Source of the DNA: Yuukianura sp. NJ FZ-2021
Taxonomy: Eukaryota
Direction of reading: 5' to 3'
Assembly (NCBI GenBank): GCA_046563655.1
Contig: JAJCTO010000009.1
Span: forward strand, 930,001 to 994,000
Length of the DNA: 64,000 nucleotides
The position numbers and the translations under genes were made by a program. This document shows, piece after piece, positions 39,998 through 51,340 of this stretch. Under the pieces are notes generated by a model, which saw only the letters and a list, made by a program, of their open reading frames with translations, was not told the origin of the DNA and ran no database searches. Each line of letters opens with the position of its first letter. The stretch's first letter is position 1.

Positions 39998-40664
39998 AAG
40001 TAGTGGGATCTGGAAATTTGGAATTTGCAGCTGAGAGTTCAGGAGCCGAATAATTTACCCAGTCAGCGACTCGGCTTGCATTGGAGGGGCTAATGCCAAA
40101 TTTGGAAGTGAGAGAAACGGCTAGTGGGTTTAGTTGAGTAGGGCCACACACAAATTCAGAAGGGCAAGGTTCGGAAGGGCCAACACAAACAGAAACAAAC
40201 TTTGGTACTGCAGCAGTAGGTTGAGTAGGGGGAAGAACAGAAGTAGTAGTAGCGGCGGTTGTAGTTGTAGTTGTAGGTCCCAGAAGGGAAGTAGGGTGAG
40301 TAGCGGCGGAAGTACGAAGAGAAGTAGGGACTGTAGGGACTGCAGCGTCAGAACAAAAGTTTGGGAAAGTTGTAGTAACCTCCCCAACGACCAAAGGTGA
40401 AATAGGCTGGGTGTTTGATTTTGGACAAGTTCGGTGGTGGTCAAAAAGAGCTTGTAGTTTGGAAAGAAACTCTTCTGGAATAATGGGAATTTTAGAATTG
40501 TGCTTCCTGCCAAAAGCTGAACAATTCTTGTGGGTTTGGAATTTAGGTTGTTTGATTTTTCGGGATTTGGGACGTATTGGACAAACCCTGGGTGGGGCTT
40601 GTACCTTAATTTGAGAAACTGGATTGGGTGGTGAATAGAAGCTGACGTCCCTGCAACGGCAGCT
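39810..40664 (-). CDS. Open frame continuing in phase after the gag stop (Pro/Thr/Ser-rich gag-protease linker)
   Basis: No stop for about 285 codons after the gag TAG. It overlaps the protease frame across a G6/C6 run near 39900. Confidence 0.6.
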   Translation of the reverse strand, partial: SCRCRDVSFYSPPNPVSQIKVQAPPRVCPIRPKSRKIKQPKFQTHKNCSAFGRKHNSKIPIIPEEFLSKLQALFDHHRTCPKSNTQPISPLVVGEVTTTFPNFCSDAAVPTVPTSLRTSAATHPTSLLGPTTTTTTAATTTSVLPPTQPTAAVPKFVSVCVGPSEPCPSEFVCGPTQLNPLAVSLTSKFGISPSNASRVADWVNYSAPELSAANSKFPDPTTFDFEPPPKSPSHDSEFPSGISAAKFISGIDSTPLHFPYRCCLWFYDSSSPVRYRCFSLLCPP

Positions 40665-42062
40665 CTATTGGTTTTCCGGAGGTTTGGGAAGTACGGCGGA
40701 TGCGATGTTTGTAAGAAGATCCGTCATTGTAGAGAAAGCAGACATCATCGAAGGAACCCATTGGTTTTCCTGAGCTGGTGGTCCAGATTGCGGATTGTGA
40801 AATGACTGCGGCTGATGTGGGCTGGTTTGTAGTGGTCTTGAATCAACGTTAGGGAAGGGACGTTGAACAGCTTGGCTATAACTAGCCAGCTGCTGGGGTT
40901 GCTGATTAGTGGGATTGTTTCGGGGGCGCAGTGGTCTACAGTTGCGGGTCAAAGGGTCAATGCCTTGGCTCCACCACCATTTGTGACAGTATCGAACAAT
41001 ATGCCCAATATTGTTGCAGTAATCGCAAATTGGCTTTCCATCATCAGAACGACGATTCTGTTGTGGAGGGAAAGGGCGATCGGGCTGGGGAGCAGTTTGA
41101 ACTGCTGGTTGGGTTTGAGCAGGAGGGCGTTGGTACTGCTGGACTTGGTAGGGAACAGTTGTAGAGAAATTAGCATTTGGAATGGTGGGAGCCATTTGAG
41201 TTTCAAGTCCACGAAGAGAAACCATTGGATCTGAACTTCCTTTAGAGCGGGTATGGACATCAGCAACTCGTCTCAGGATCTTCTGGAATTCGGAAGGGGT
41301 CTGGATATTCTGCATGACAAATGCTTGTTCCAGCTCGTGTGGGAGACCACGAACTAATTGTTCAACCTTCCGGGATTCTGGCATCATGGGATCAAGTTTG
41401 GAAAGAATTTGGATTTTTTCAGCTACATACTGATCAATGTTGTCTCCTATTTTGAACCGCAGAGCCTTACTCTGAGCTTTGAAAACCTCCCGTCGCTCTT
41501 TAAGGGAAAAATGGGAAACAAATTCTTTTTCAAATTTGCTCCAAATGTTTTCTGCATCTGCGAAGGGAACTTGCAACTGCTCACGGAAATGGGGCCAAAT
41601 GGAAACAAACCAGGCACTAGCAACACCCGTCAACACTCTGTCAAAATGACTGAGCGCTCCGAATGCACCAAAGCCTGATCCGCTCAAGTCGTATTTGTAT
41701 CGGGCCATGTATTCAGCAGGATCGCTCATTCCATCGTACTGTCGAATATGTTTGAATATCTTGATGTCCTGCTTGCTTGGATCTGGTGGCGGGAAATTTC
41801 GAAAAATTTGGGGAATAGGAGCTTGTACAGCTGCAGGGCTAGCAATGGTACTTGCTGGGGTGGGGGGTGTAGGAACGAATTGGGCTTGTGTTGGGGCAAA
41901 ATGAACTGCAGCAGGTTGACCTTGAGTTGACAAATTGAGAGTAGGAGGAAGAGTCTGGGTAGCAGTATCCATGGGAATTGTTGATTGGGATAAGAGCTGG
42001 TGAGTGGGGTGTCCGTCTTGTTGGGGGGTAGAGGCAAATGGTCTCGCAAAGTACGACAGCAT
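40665..42062 (-). CDS. gag: Gag (capsid domain plus CCHC zinc knuckle)
   Basis: LTGVASAWF...W..F...F capsid-like segment; CDYCNNIGHIVRYC knuckle. Confidence 0.93.
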   Translation of the reverse strand: MLSYFARPFASTPQQDGHPTHQLLSQSTIPMDTATQTLPPTLNLSTQGQPAAVHFAPTQAQFVPTPPTPASTIASPAAVQAPIPQIFRNFPPPDPSKQDIKIFKHIRQYDGMSDPAEYMARYKYDLSGSGFGAFGALSHFDRVLTGVASAWFVSIWPHFREQLQVPFADAENIWSKFEKEFVSHFSLKERREVFKAQSKALRFKIGDNIDQYVAEKIQILSKLDPMMPESRKVEQLVRGLPHELEQAFVMQNIQTPSEFQKILRRVADVHTRSKGSSDPMVSLRGLETQMAPTIPNANFSTTVPYQVQQYQRPPAQTQPAVQTAPQPDRPFPPQQNRRSDDGKPICDYCNNIGHIVRYCHKWWWSQGIDPLTRNCRPLRPRNNPTNQQPQQLASYSQAVQRPFPNVDSRPLQTSPHQPQSFHNPQSGPPAQENQWVPSMMSAFSTMTDLLTNIASAVLPKPPENQ

Positions 42063-42147
42063 TTTTGGGAATTCTTATAGACGGCGTCTCGGATCAACAC
42101 GGGGTTCGGTTTCAAACACTAACCAGCCTTGGGCATTGGCAAAAGCT

Positions 42148-42489
42148 TTAAACAACCACCGGATAAATGGGACCGAAGAAATCCCAGTGGTAGTAGAGGA
42201 TTCGTACAATTAGGGCTAGGAAGTAGTAAGTCTCGGTTCCAATGAGGACCCGGAAGAAGTAACGATAAGTTCTCGGGGCTTGTCGTAGGTAGAAGACTGG
42301 GATAATGTGGAGGGCGATATAGTCAGAAACAACCGAAAATGTCGCTATGAGACAGGAATAAGTAATGTGGGAGAGGAATGTTGCGATGAGATATACAGTT
42401 TCAAGGACCAAAAGGATGAAGCAGATTCCAAAGAATGCTGCTAAGCCGAGAAATACGACTGTCTTTAGAAAGGACCAAAAAATTTGCAT
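42148..42489 (-). CDS. Small hydrophobic ORF upstream of gag (possible membrane protein)
   Basis: ATG at 42489, about 113 aa with 2-3 hydrophobic stretches. T-rich strand composition could produce this by chance. Confidence 0.35.
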   Translation of the reverse strand: MQIFWSFLKTVVFLGLAAFFGICFILLVLETVYLIATFLSHITYSCLIATFSVVSDYIALHIIPVFYLRQAPRTYRYFFRVLIGTETYYFLALIVRILYYHWDFFGPIYPVVV

Positions 42490-42835
42490 TTGCAGGGACT
42501 TCAAAATAACTTAAATGCTTTTCAGCACTTAAGCTTTACTCAAGAAAATGTAGGAGAAGGGATACCAAAAAGAAAACGACAATCCGTTGGACAATGACAC
42601 CAATCGTAGCAATGACAACGATCAAGACAATGTAGAGGAATGGGAGAGTACATCGTCTGTTTTCTGGGCTGGGCAGGGACTTTCTAGAAATACTTGAAAT
42701 AAATGGAATTATTAAATAGATAATGAATATGAATATTAATATTTATAACCTTAAATCTAGAAAAAAGAAAGAAATGGGAATTGGAAAATAAATATGGTAT
42801 GTGGAGTTAGCTACTGTCTAGTGGCTAGGATTTCA

Positions 42836-42935
42836 NNNNNNNNNNNNNNNNNNNNNNNNNNNNNNNNNNNNNNNNNNNNNNNNNNNNNNNNNNNNNNNNN
42901 NNNNNNNNNNNNNNNNNNNNNNNNNNNNNNNNNNN
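42836..42935. other. Assembly gap (100 N)
   Basis: N run flanked on both sides by the same 18-mer CTAGTGGCTAGGATTTCA. Confidence 0.99.
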
Positions 42936-44443
42936 CTAGTGGCTAGGATTTCAAAAAGAAATCAAATTCCTCCAAAACAGAACTTTAGAAGAAATAAGGA
43001 AACAATCGGACAAGAAGAACGAGAAAAACGAGTCTTACGCCAACCGATGCAATGCCAAACCACATCAAGAAACCGACGAGCCAAAGAAACCACTCAATAA
43101 TTTGCATTACTGAGCTTAATTTGCAGAAAAAGAACCGAAAAATTGGAATGGGAACTTCAATAGGGGAGGGCACGACGTAAAATCGCGTTATCTGAAGAAT
43201 CGGCGAAGTCAGGGGATTAGGTAGTACCTACTCACACACTGACTAAAAGTACACCGACTTAGAAAGTTTTAAGTTTTTAGAATTTTGGGAAAATCGGGCA
43301 GGGGTTTGGGACGAAAAGCCGCTTTGAATTTTTGAAGTTTGGACCAAAATCTGAATTTAATTAATGTAAAGTTACAACGTAACGTAATTTAGGAATTAGG
43401 AATAGTTTTTAGCCAAATTCTGAAAAATCCGACTATTCAGGGGAAGAGAGGGTATCGCAGCAACGTACGACTTGCAAAATCAGAGGAATCGGCTGACTCT
43501 GGGGATTAGGTTAGGTGGGGGGGTGAACAAATTTCGGAATTTTGCTAAGTGTCTGTATTCAAGGAAAATTTGGCCAGAGTTCCGTTAAGGGGTAAGGGAA
43601 ATGTGAATTAGGTAACGTTGTTCAATGGTGGGACTATTTGGGGCAGGCTCAATTCAAAAAAAAATTTTTTTGAAAACCGAAAAATTTCAAACTACTTTAA
43701 TTTTAGAAAAAATTTTGACAGGGGTTGGGTAGGAGTAGACGTTTTTTGAATTTAGGTTATGTTTCAAAAATTTTCAGACCAAAATTTCAGAAGGGAGGGA
43801 AAGGGGAATAGCCTCTTGACCTTTGCAGGGAAGACTGGGGTACTTTAGTTTAGGTGGGGCGTTACGCTTTTTGAAAAAGAGAATTTAAATTTGGTGGAAA
43901 CGACTCAGTTTTTGAAAATTTGAAAAATTTTGAACAGGGGGACGTTAGGATTTTTGAATTTGAAATTTACGCGGGGCCGCTACTTTTCGTTAAAAAAAAC
44001 GCTCGCGCAGAGGGAGGGGGGATAACCAAAAGAAAACGGCTGACCTTTGTGACCTTGCCTCAATCGGTCAGTGACTGCACGGAGGAGGCAGAACTGAAGA
44101 AAAGACGAGATGACGTGGAGGCAGGAAGTGATGAGTTGGAGCGTGGACTTGGAGCGCGGAGATGTAGAGTGGGTGTGACGTGGCGGTTGTGGCTTTCGTC
44201 AGCTCCTCGTGGGCTTTTTGGATGACGATGGCTCGTGGCTCGTGGCTACTGGCGGGTTGGTGGCTCGCTCCAGAAATGATCTGAAAAAAATCGATGCAAA
44301 ATTAGCATGATTTTAAAACAAATATTTTTTTCAAATTTTGCTATTTTAAAAAAAATTTTTATTAGTTTTTGGAGAGGTCACGGGGGTCACAGGGCTCCTA
44401 GTGGCACGATTCAGCTTTGGTTGTGAGGTCACGGTGGCTCGTT

Positions 44444-44461
44444 TCCCGTCTGAGCATCCCA
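44444..44461 (-). promoter_or_regulatory. Candidate primer-binding site
   Basis: TGGGATGCTCAGACGGGA starts 2 nt inside the 5' LTR end. The cognate tRNA is not identified. Confidence 0.6.
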
Positions 44462-44463
44462 CC

Positions 44464-45011
44464 TGAGGGGTTGCAATGCCCCGACGACTGGCACACTGGC
44501 CACTCGAACAATAAAGTGGGATGGTGGGACACACACACACGGCTACAAATGATCAATTGATTTATTAGGACTAATTAGATACAGTTACGGTCTGATTTGG
44601 CCAAATGTAGAGTCGTTGTGTTGGTGGGGCGTTGGTCCAGTGCAGGATCAACCAGGTAATGTCCGGTGGGGCTTGTAGAGGTCAACCTTGGGTCACAATT
44701 GTAGATCCGGCGTGGTCCAGTGGCCTATCCAAGATGGAGGAGACGTGGAGAGAGAGACGGGACAAGATCCGGGCAGAGTGACGGTTGGAGTTGGACTGTG
44801 TGGAGGAAGAAGTGGACAGTGGTGATGATGATGATGACGGGATGCGTGTCCAAGTAGATGGATGATGCAACTTCCCGTGCATCTGATTGGTTCTCTGGTG
44901 GTTTTGGTGGTGAGGAAGCGGAGGGAAGTTGTTGTGCTGCTGCTGGAAGGACGAAGGGGGAGAAGAGGGGAGAGGGAACCAAAAGTGGCTATAGTGGGAA
45001 TAACCCCCACA
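44464..45011 (-). repeat. 5' LTR of the Gypsy element
   Basis: 548-bp direct repeat of 33830-34377. Confidence 0.97.
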
Positions 45012-45130
45012 GGCGGCTAGTTTGAAACTCAAATATTTCGGAGTTCTTTGTTTATTCTATGTGAAGATAAGTTGAGTTCCCGTTTCTAGAAAAAAGCTAA
45101 TTGGTGAATTGCTAATTACTGGAATTGGAA

Positions 45131-48100
45131 ATGGATTCAGGTTATCGTTTTTGAATCAAATATACAACAAACGTCAATTCATTCGATATTAACAGACATA
45201 TCTGTACACAGGATCTGACTCTGATATTCAGAACTCTACTGATGAAAATCAAGTGGAAGACTCAGACACTGATTCTGCTATTGAAGGCAGTAGCAGTGAT
45301 GACGGAGACTCTAGTGACCTTGACACAACTAGTGAAGATGAAGATGTCCCCCCGTCTCCTCCAGATTCAGCTGATGGGAACCCTCCGGAGGTTGGTTTAG
45401 CATTTCCAATTTTGAAACCTTTCGCCTAAACACATCTTACTACTTTAGGACGTTGTCTCTCCAGCAAGTCGAGTCCGAAAGCGACGAAGTGCTCCGATAC
45501 AGTTGCCATTACCAAGACCTGTAGCAAGACCAGTAACTCAAAATGGCATTTCTCGATTGCCAGAAGGGTGGGAAGTGGGAGAGGACTTTGACCCGAACGT
45601 ACGCCAATTTGACCCACCTCTTGAGAAATTCCACGCAGACTTTGCCGTTGACAACACTATGACTCCTTACGAAATCCTGAAACTGTTTTGGGAAGACGAT
45701 ATTGTGCAAGAAATTTGCACTGAGACAAACCGTTATGCCAACTTGAAGTTGCAACGCAATCCGAGAACTCTAAACCGATGGAAGGCAATTGATGTGTCAG
45801 ATTTCTGGAAGATGATGGCCCTCTCAACACTTATGGGTGTTGTAAAGAAACCAACATACAAATCGTACTGGACAAAGGAGAAGCTGCTGGAAACTCCATT
45901 TTTCTCTACCGTGATGTCCCGAGACAGGTAGCAGTACTGTTCATATTAGTTGGTTGCTAGTAGTATTATCTATATAGAATAGGCTGTTCACTAGTTTGGA
46001 GTAGCAGAGGGGTGCGCCCGCTTGCAAAAAAGGGGCGCGAGATAGGGTGCGGCATAATTAACTTTTTGATAAAAAAATGCAAAAGTGAAAAATAATTGAA
46101 TATTGTTAAAGATCAATACTTTCAATAATATATTTAATTAATTTTAATTATTATTTGAATAATTAATATGAAAAATTTGTTTTTTATGCTTTTTTTAGTT
46201 TTACGTTATATAAACAAATAGTTAAGTAAAAAATGTTAATCACGTGCAATAAGGTAATATAATTAATAAATTTTAATTAATTAATTAATAATTAACATAA
46301 AAAATTGAGGTTACTGGATTTTTGGTTTCAATTAGTAAAAGTAACTACACTGGGGACCCGATTTAGCCAACAAACCGTGATTGGAGGAGGGGAAGTTTAC
46401 GCCTCCCCTAGTACCGTAAGGTTTCCAGTAGGGTTAGGTTCGCACTTCGGAAAATACGGATTATTATATTGGACATTGAAAATACATTATAAAAAATAAT
46501 TGTTTTCATATATTATAGTTTAATTTATATATTAGGTATTATTAATAATTATAATACCATTATTTAATATATATAATTAATTTATAATAATTCACTTATT
46601 AATATAAGTATTAGTATTGGTTATATATATATATACAGTGAGCGCCAGCTAAAACCATACACCCCTATTTTGTTTCCGTAGAAACGAGTTGAAAATTAGG
46701 TAAACATGGCGGGAAACGTAACTCAGAATGTGAATTCAGTTAAATTCTTATGGCGAAATTTTTGCAAATCGCGTAATTTCACATGTTTTCCCTCCACAGT
46801 TGCAAAATTAAACAATTATGGGTGTATGGTTTTAGCTGGCGCTCACTGTATAATCTAATATTCTAATATATATATATAATTATAATCATAATAAATTATT
46901 ATATATTAATTATATAATTATTATTATAATTATAATTATACATAATAAATATAAAATTAATTATTTTATTATTTATTTTTATTCAGAATTTATATTTGTA
47001 ATATCAAACCTATGGTTTATAAAAAAAATATTAATAAAATATATGGATATGTTGAATATCCAATAATAATTCCCGAAGTTTCGAACATACGTTGCAAGTA
47101 AGGTTTGTTTACAAATGGACACATACGTTCCCTCCAAAATTTAAATCCTACGGTAACCCGCCTTCGAGTGAAGATGAGAAAGAGGAGGAGCGACTTGATG
47201 GCTAAATCGGTACCCTAGTGTAGTTAAGTAACAGTTGTTCAGAACAAGCAATAATATGATTAATTAGTTGTAGTTAGTAATTATACAATTAATATTATAC
47301 CAAATTGTTGCCGATTTTTTCGCTTTTTTTTTGCTGTAAAAAAATCGAGTAACCTCAATTTTTTAAGTTAATTATTAATTAATTAATGAAAATTTATTAA
47401 TTATACATATTACATTATTGCACGTGATTAACATTTTTTACTTAACTCCTTGTTTATATAACGTCAAACTAAAAAAAGCACAAGAAAGAAATTTTTCATA
47501 TTAATTATTCAAATATTAATTAAAATTAATTAATTACATTATTGAAAGTATTGATTTTCAACAACATTCATTTATTTTTCGCTTTTGCAATTTTTTTTAC
47601 CAAATTTAAATTAATTATGCCGCACCCTACGCCGCGCCCCTTTTGTGCACGCGGGCGCACTCCTTCTACTCCAAACTAGTGAACAACCTATCCTATATAG
47701 ATAGTAGTTAGTGCGCATGGGCAGATCGATTCTGTAGTGGTTAGTTGTTAGTACTAGTTAGTGCGCATGCGCAGATCGATTCTGTAGTGGTTACTAGTTA
47801 GTGCGCATGGTCAGATCAAGTGTAGTTGCTGTTCTGTCTAACCTCTAATTTCTATTGCGCAGGTACCTTCAGATACTCAGTTCTTTGCACTTTGTGGACC
47901 AAACCACTATTCCTCCGAATAACCGAGACAGACTTGCAAAATTTGGAAACGTCATGACCCACATCCTACAGAAATTCGAATCGTTCGTAAACGCAGGAGA
48001 GTTCTTAACAATTGATGAGTCACTGATGCCGTATAAAGGACGCCTCTCATTCAAGCAGTATGTCCCGACTAAAAGAGCGCGGTTTGGCATTAAGTTTTCC

Positions 48101-49090
48101 ATCATGGTTGACTGCGAAACTAAAGCTGTGATCAAGATCATCCCGTATCAAGGGAGAGGAACTGTGTCTGTTGCCGACGCGAGGCGGTACGGAGTGGGAG
48201 GAGCCATTGTCGTGTCACTACTTCAGAATTACTTGCATCTGCGTCATCGAATTGTCGCTGACAATTGGTTCAGCAGTGCAGAACTGGCACAGTACTTGCT
48301 AAATAGGGAGACGTATTACTTGGGGACAATTCAGAAGCGAAGATGTGGCGACATCAAAAAGGCGATGACCTCAAAGCTAAAGAAGGGTGACGTGAAGGCA
48401 TTCACAAAAAATGAAATTCTGATTGAAAGGTTTGTTTTGCTATAATACACATTTTTAGATACATTACATTAACTTTTTTTTATATTTCTTAGATGGTCGG
48501 ACCGAAGAGAGGTTTGCATGATCAATACGTTTGTAAAACATGAAATGCTGCCATCACCATCTCAAAATCTGAGAAACGCGAGGCTAAAACCTGCGTCTGT
48601 ACTTTTGTACAACTCAAAAATGGGAGGCGTGGATGACGTTGACCAAATTATGAAGCCTGTGCAGAGTATCAGAAAGACGCTAAAATGGTATCGGAAAGCA
48701 TTTTTTCACTTGTGGGACTACTCAATTTTCAACAGTCATCGTGCGTACAAAATGTTACATCCCAACTCAAAAACGCGTTACAAGGACTTCGTAGAGGCGG
48801 TCATAAAGGAAATCTGCGAGGAATTTCCTTCAGTGCCAGTCAGGAGAGGCAGACAATCAATCTTGATCTCAACAGAAGTTAGATTGTTGGGAAATCATTT
48901 CCCTAACCAAGCTCATAATGCAGGAGGAAAACCGAAAAAAAATCGTTGCACCTTTTGCAAACTGCGGGGAGTGCGAAGGACCACTACATTTCAGTGCGTT
49001 CAGTGTCAAGAATTCTTGTGCATCACTGGTGTGAAGTCATGTTTTGAGTTTTACCACACGATGCGAAGGCTACCTGGAGGTAAAAAATGA
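45131..49090 (+). CDS. piggyBac transposase, 5 exons, apparently intact
   Basis: Exons 45131-45140, 45212-45390, 45449-45927, 47863-48429 and 48493-49090 splice in frame (MSRDR|YLQIL, ER|WSDRREV). Catalytic triad IDES / ADNWF / GGVDDVDQ and a C-terminal Cys-rich domain. Confidence 0.92.
45967..47703. mobile_element. Foldback-type non-autonomous element (diverged palindromic arms) in transposase intron 3
   Basis: GTTCACTAGTTTGGAGTAG pairs with CTACTCCAAACTAGTGAAC. Arm complementarity continues inward (e.g. CCGATTTAGCCA / TGGCTAAATCGG). Exact ends and target duplication are uncertain. Confidence 0.85.
46636..46848. mobile_element. Tc1/mariner-type MITE, 213 bp
   Basis: Perfect 29-bp TIR CAGTGAGCGCCAGCTAAAACCATACACCC with TA on both sides. 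Confidence 0.93.
47705..47818. repeat. Short tandem repeat, 3 copies of TAGTTAGTGCGCATG..CAGATC
   Basis: Directly visible 38-50 bp units. Confidence 0.85.
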
Positions 49091-49355
49091 TGGGTTGAAA
49101 AGTGTTTTAGGTATTGTCTATCGTCACGGAATTATAATTTATAACTTTTTAGTTATGCTACTAGGCTTTTCGGAAAATAAAATGTTCAGAATTATGTTTT
49201 TCCAAATTCAGGCTCCTGTCACTCTTTTCTAAATTTTAAATTAATCCTGCGCAACCGAATCAAAAAATTATTCTGGTTCAACCGTGGAAACCAAGGTAAT
49301 TTATGGTCGTCTCCTAAATAAACAATCTCTCGCGTAAACAGGCCTCAAAAGGTTA

Positions 49356-50537
49356 ATGTTTGTTGAAGAGTTGGGTGAGGAGATTTTAGACCGAATGTGC
49401 TTTGGTTTAAATAAGTTGACTAGTTTAGAATTCAACTCTAACTTTATTGATACAAGCAACCGCAACCAACTTGTAGGTGTAGGTGGACCTGTTGCTAGAT
49501 TTCTGGGTAAAAGTATTTGTTTTCCAAATCTTAAACGTTTTTCCATTTGCCACCCGTTTTCTGAAAAATGTGTTCGCAACTTTTTTGAGTTTATTATTAA
49601 TAATCGTTTGACTTTAGTAACAATTGAGGTTGATTGTGAACCACCACCATTTTACTGTCCCCCATGTAACTTTACCGGTACAATTAGTTGTCGTTTTCCA
49701 AATTTGAAAAATATTTCTGTAGTATGTGCCCCTCTATATTATTTTCATCCAACTATGGTGTCATTGTGGTGGAACATTTGTAGAATTCCAAATTCATTTG
49801 AAACTATTAGAATAGAATTAGACGTAATTAGTTTAAATCGGTTAAGTACTATTGTATCTAGGAGTCTAGCTACTTTGAAGGTGTTAAACCTGAGTAATAT
49901 TTCAATTACTCCGAGGGGACCATTTAGAATTTTGGAACTCTCTCAAATGATAAATTTGAGGGAGTTGACCTTGGAAGTATTACCACATGTACATACTAGG
50001 TTTAGATTAGGTGAATGTGGGTCTGAACCATATGATCGGATAACATTTAAGCCCACACTTCCAGAATCTCTTCAGTTTCTGGAATTAAAAGGTTGTAGTA
50101 TTGCTAGAAGGGATTTAATGCAAACTCTTTCAGCACTTAAGTATTTGTACTATTTAAAATTAGATCGAATTGGAAGTCCAATTGATTTCAACTGTGGAAT
50201 TGATCATGAAGTATTAATTCATATACTAACAGAAGTGGAAGAGCTGAAGGTGTTGTTAATTTCTGGAGTAAGTCAACGGACAAGGGAAAGTTACCTAGTT
50301 GATAAAGAATGCTGGAAGCGCGTCTTATGCTGTTCACGGAGGCTAGGAATTTGGCATGATATTGAAGATATGGAGGAGGGTCGGATGGGATCAGAAGTTC
50401 TGAACGGATTTCAACTGGAATTTGAATTTAAAAATAATTTGGTAAAACAAAATTTCATTTCTGAATTGTTAGGTATTGAAAGCGATTATCATCAAAGTTT
50501 TAATCCACTTCCACATGTACCAAACGATGAATATTGA
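49356..50537 (+). pseudogene. 3' part (leucine-rich-repeat-like) of the piggyBac-split F-box gene
   Basis: LxxLxL motifs (FPNLKRFSI, LATLKVLNLSN, INLRELTL, ESLQFLEL). In frame with the 33129 part once the piggyBac is removed. Confidence 0.85.
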
Positions 50538-50731
50538 TTGAATAAATGTATAACTAAAAGTTTCTAGAAGTTTCTGTTGCAAGAAAAAAAATAGTATTCT
50601 TTGGAAGTGGGGGAAGGGGGGAGTGGGGTGAGGCTGGAGAAGCGATTTTAGTATAAAAGGAGGAAGTTTTGTTCACAAAGCTCATCATTCTGCTCTCGAC
50701 ACTTTCTGCTTTTAGAATCAACAGTTAAACC

Positions 50732-51161
50732 ATGGCTCAGGCACCACCCAATACACCTGAACTACCTTCAGGAGGTAAGAGAAAATAACTAATTTGAAAC
50801 TTTTGTTAAGTTTATAATAGTTTATTTTTCTAAAAAAGGAGAAGAAAAGGAAAATGTTGCTGCAGGAGGTGGTGAAGAGATTGAAGATTTGACTGTGTGG
50901 GATGATGAGGAGAGGAAATTAAACTTGTGGAGTCGTGAGGTCATGTACCGTGGAACTCCATTTACTTGGGTATACATGAAACGGCTTGGAAAGACAACAA
51001 ATTTTGAAGTACGAAACATTCCGTACGTCATGCGTCGTCTCAACAACATTTATCTGCGTTCAAACAGAGGTGAGGTTACTAAATTGGCAGAGTGCCTTCA
51101 AAATTGTTTGAACGAGATGGAAGCTTTTCGTGCAGAGCTTGTTGGAATCCCACATGACTAA
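50732..51161 (+). CDS. Small two-exon hypothetical protein
   Basis: TATAAAAGG near 50653, ATG at 50732, GTAAGA donor at 50775, in-frame second exon, downstream AATAAA. Confidence 0.7.
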
Positions 51162-51340
51162 CAATTTGATTTTTTTTTGGTGTTTTTCTTTTTTTTTTTA
51201 AAGAGAAAAGAACGCAAAATAAAAGCCTTTTGTTTAAGGCATTTGCATTGACAATTGGAATTTGTGTTGTGTTTTTTATTTATTTCACAAAAGGTTGACA
51301 GCATTGAATAGATTTATAAGTTGAATCAAATTTTCTACAT

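Larger units (their letters stand above)
33830..45011 (-). mobile_element. Full-length Ty3/Gypsy LTR retrotransposon (~11.2 kb)
   Basis: Two 548-bp LTRs with TG...CA ends and a GGCG target duplication (33826-33829, 45012-45015). Domain order is gag-PR-RT-RH-IN. Confidence 0.97.
33558..49352 (+). mobile_element. piggyBac DNA transposon, complete ends, with nested insertions
   Basis: TTAA on both sides (33554-33557, 49353-49356). TIR CCTTTTGAGGCCTGTT(G/T)ACG matches 19/20. Five GACGACTTTTGTCG-like subterminal repeats at 33570-33760. Transposase gene inside. Confidence 0.95.
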
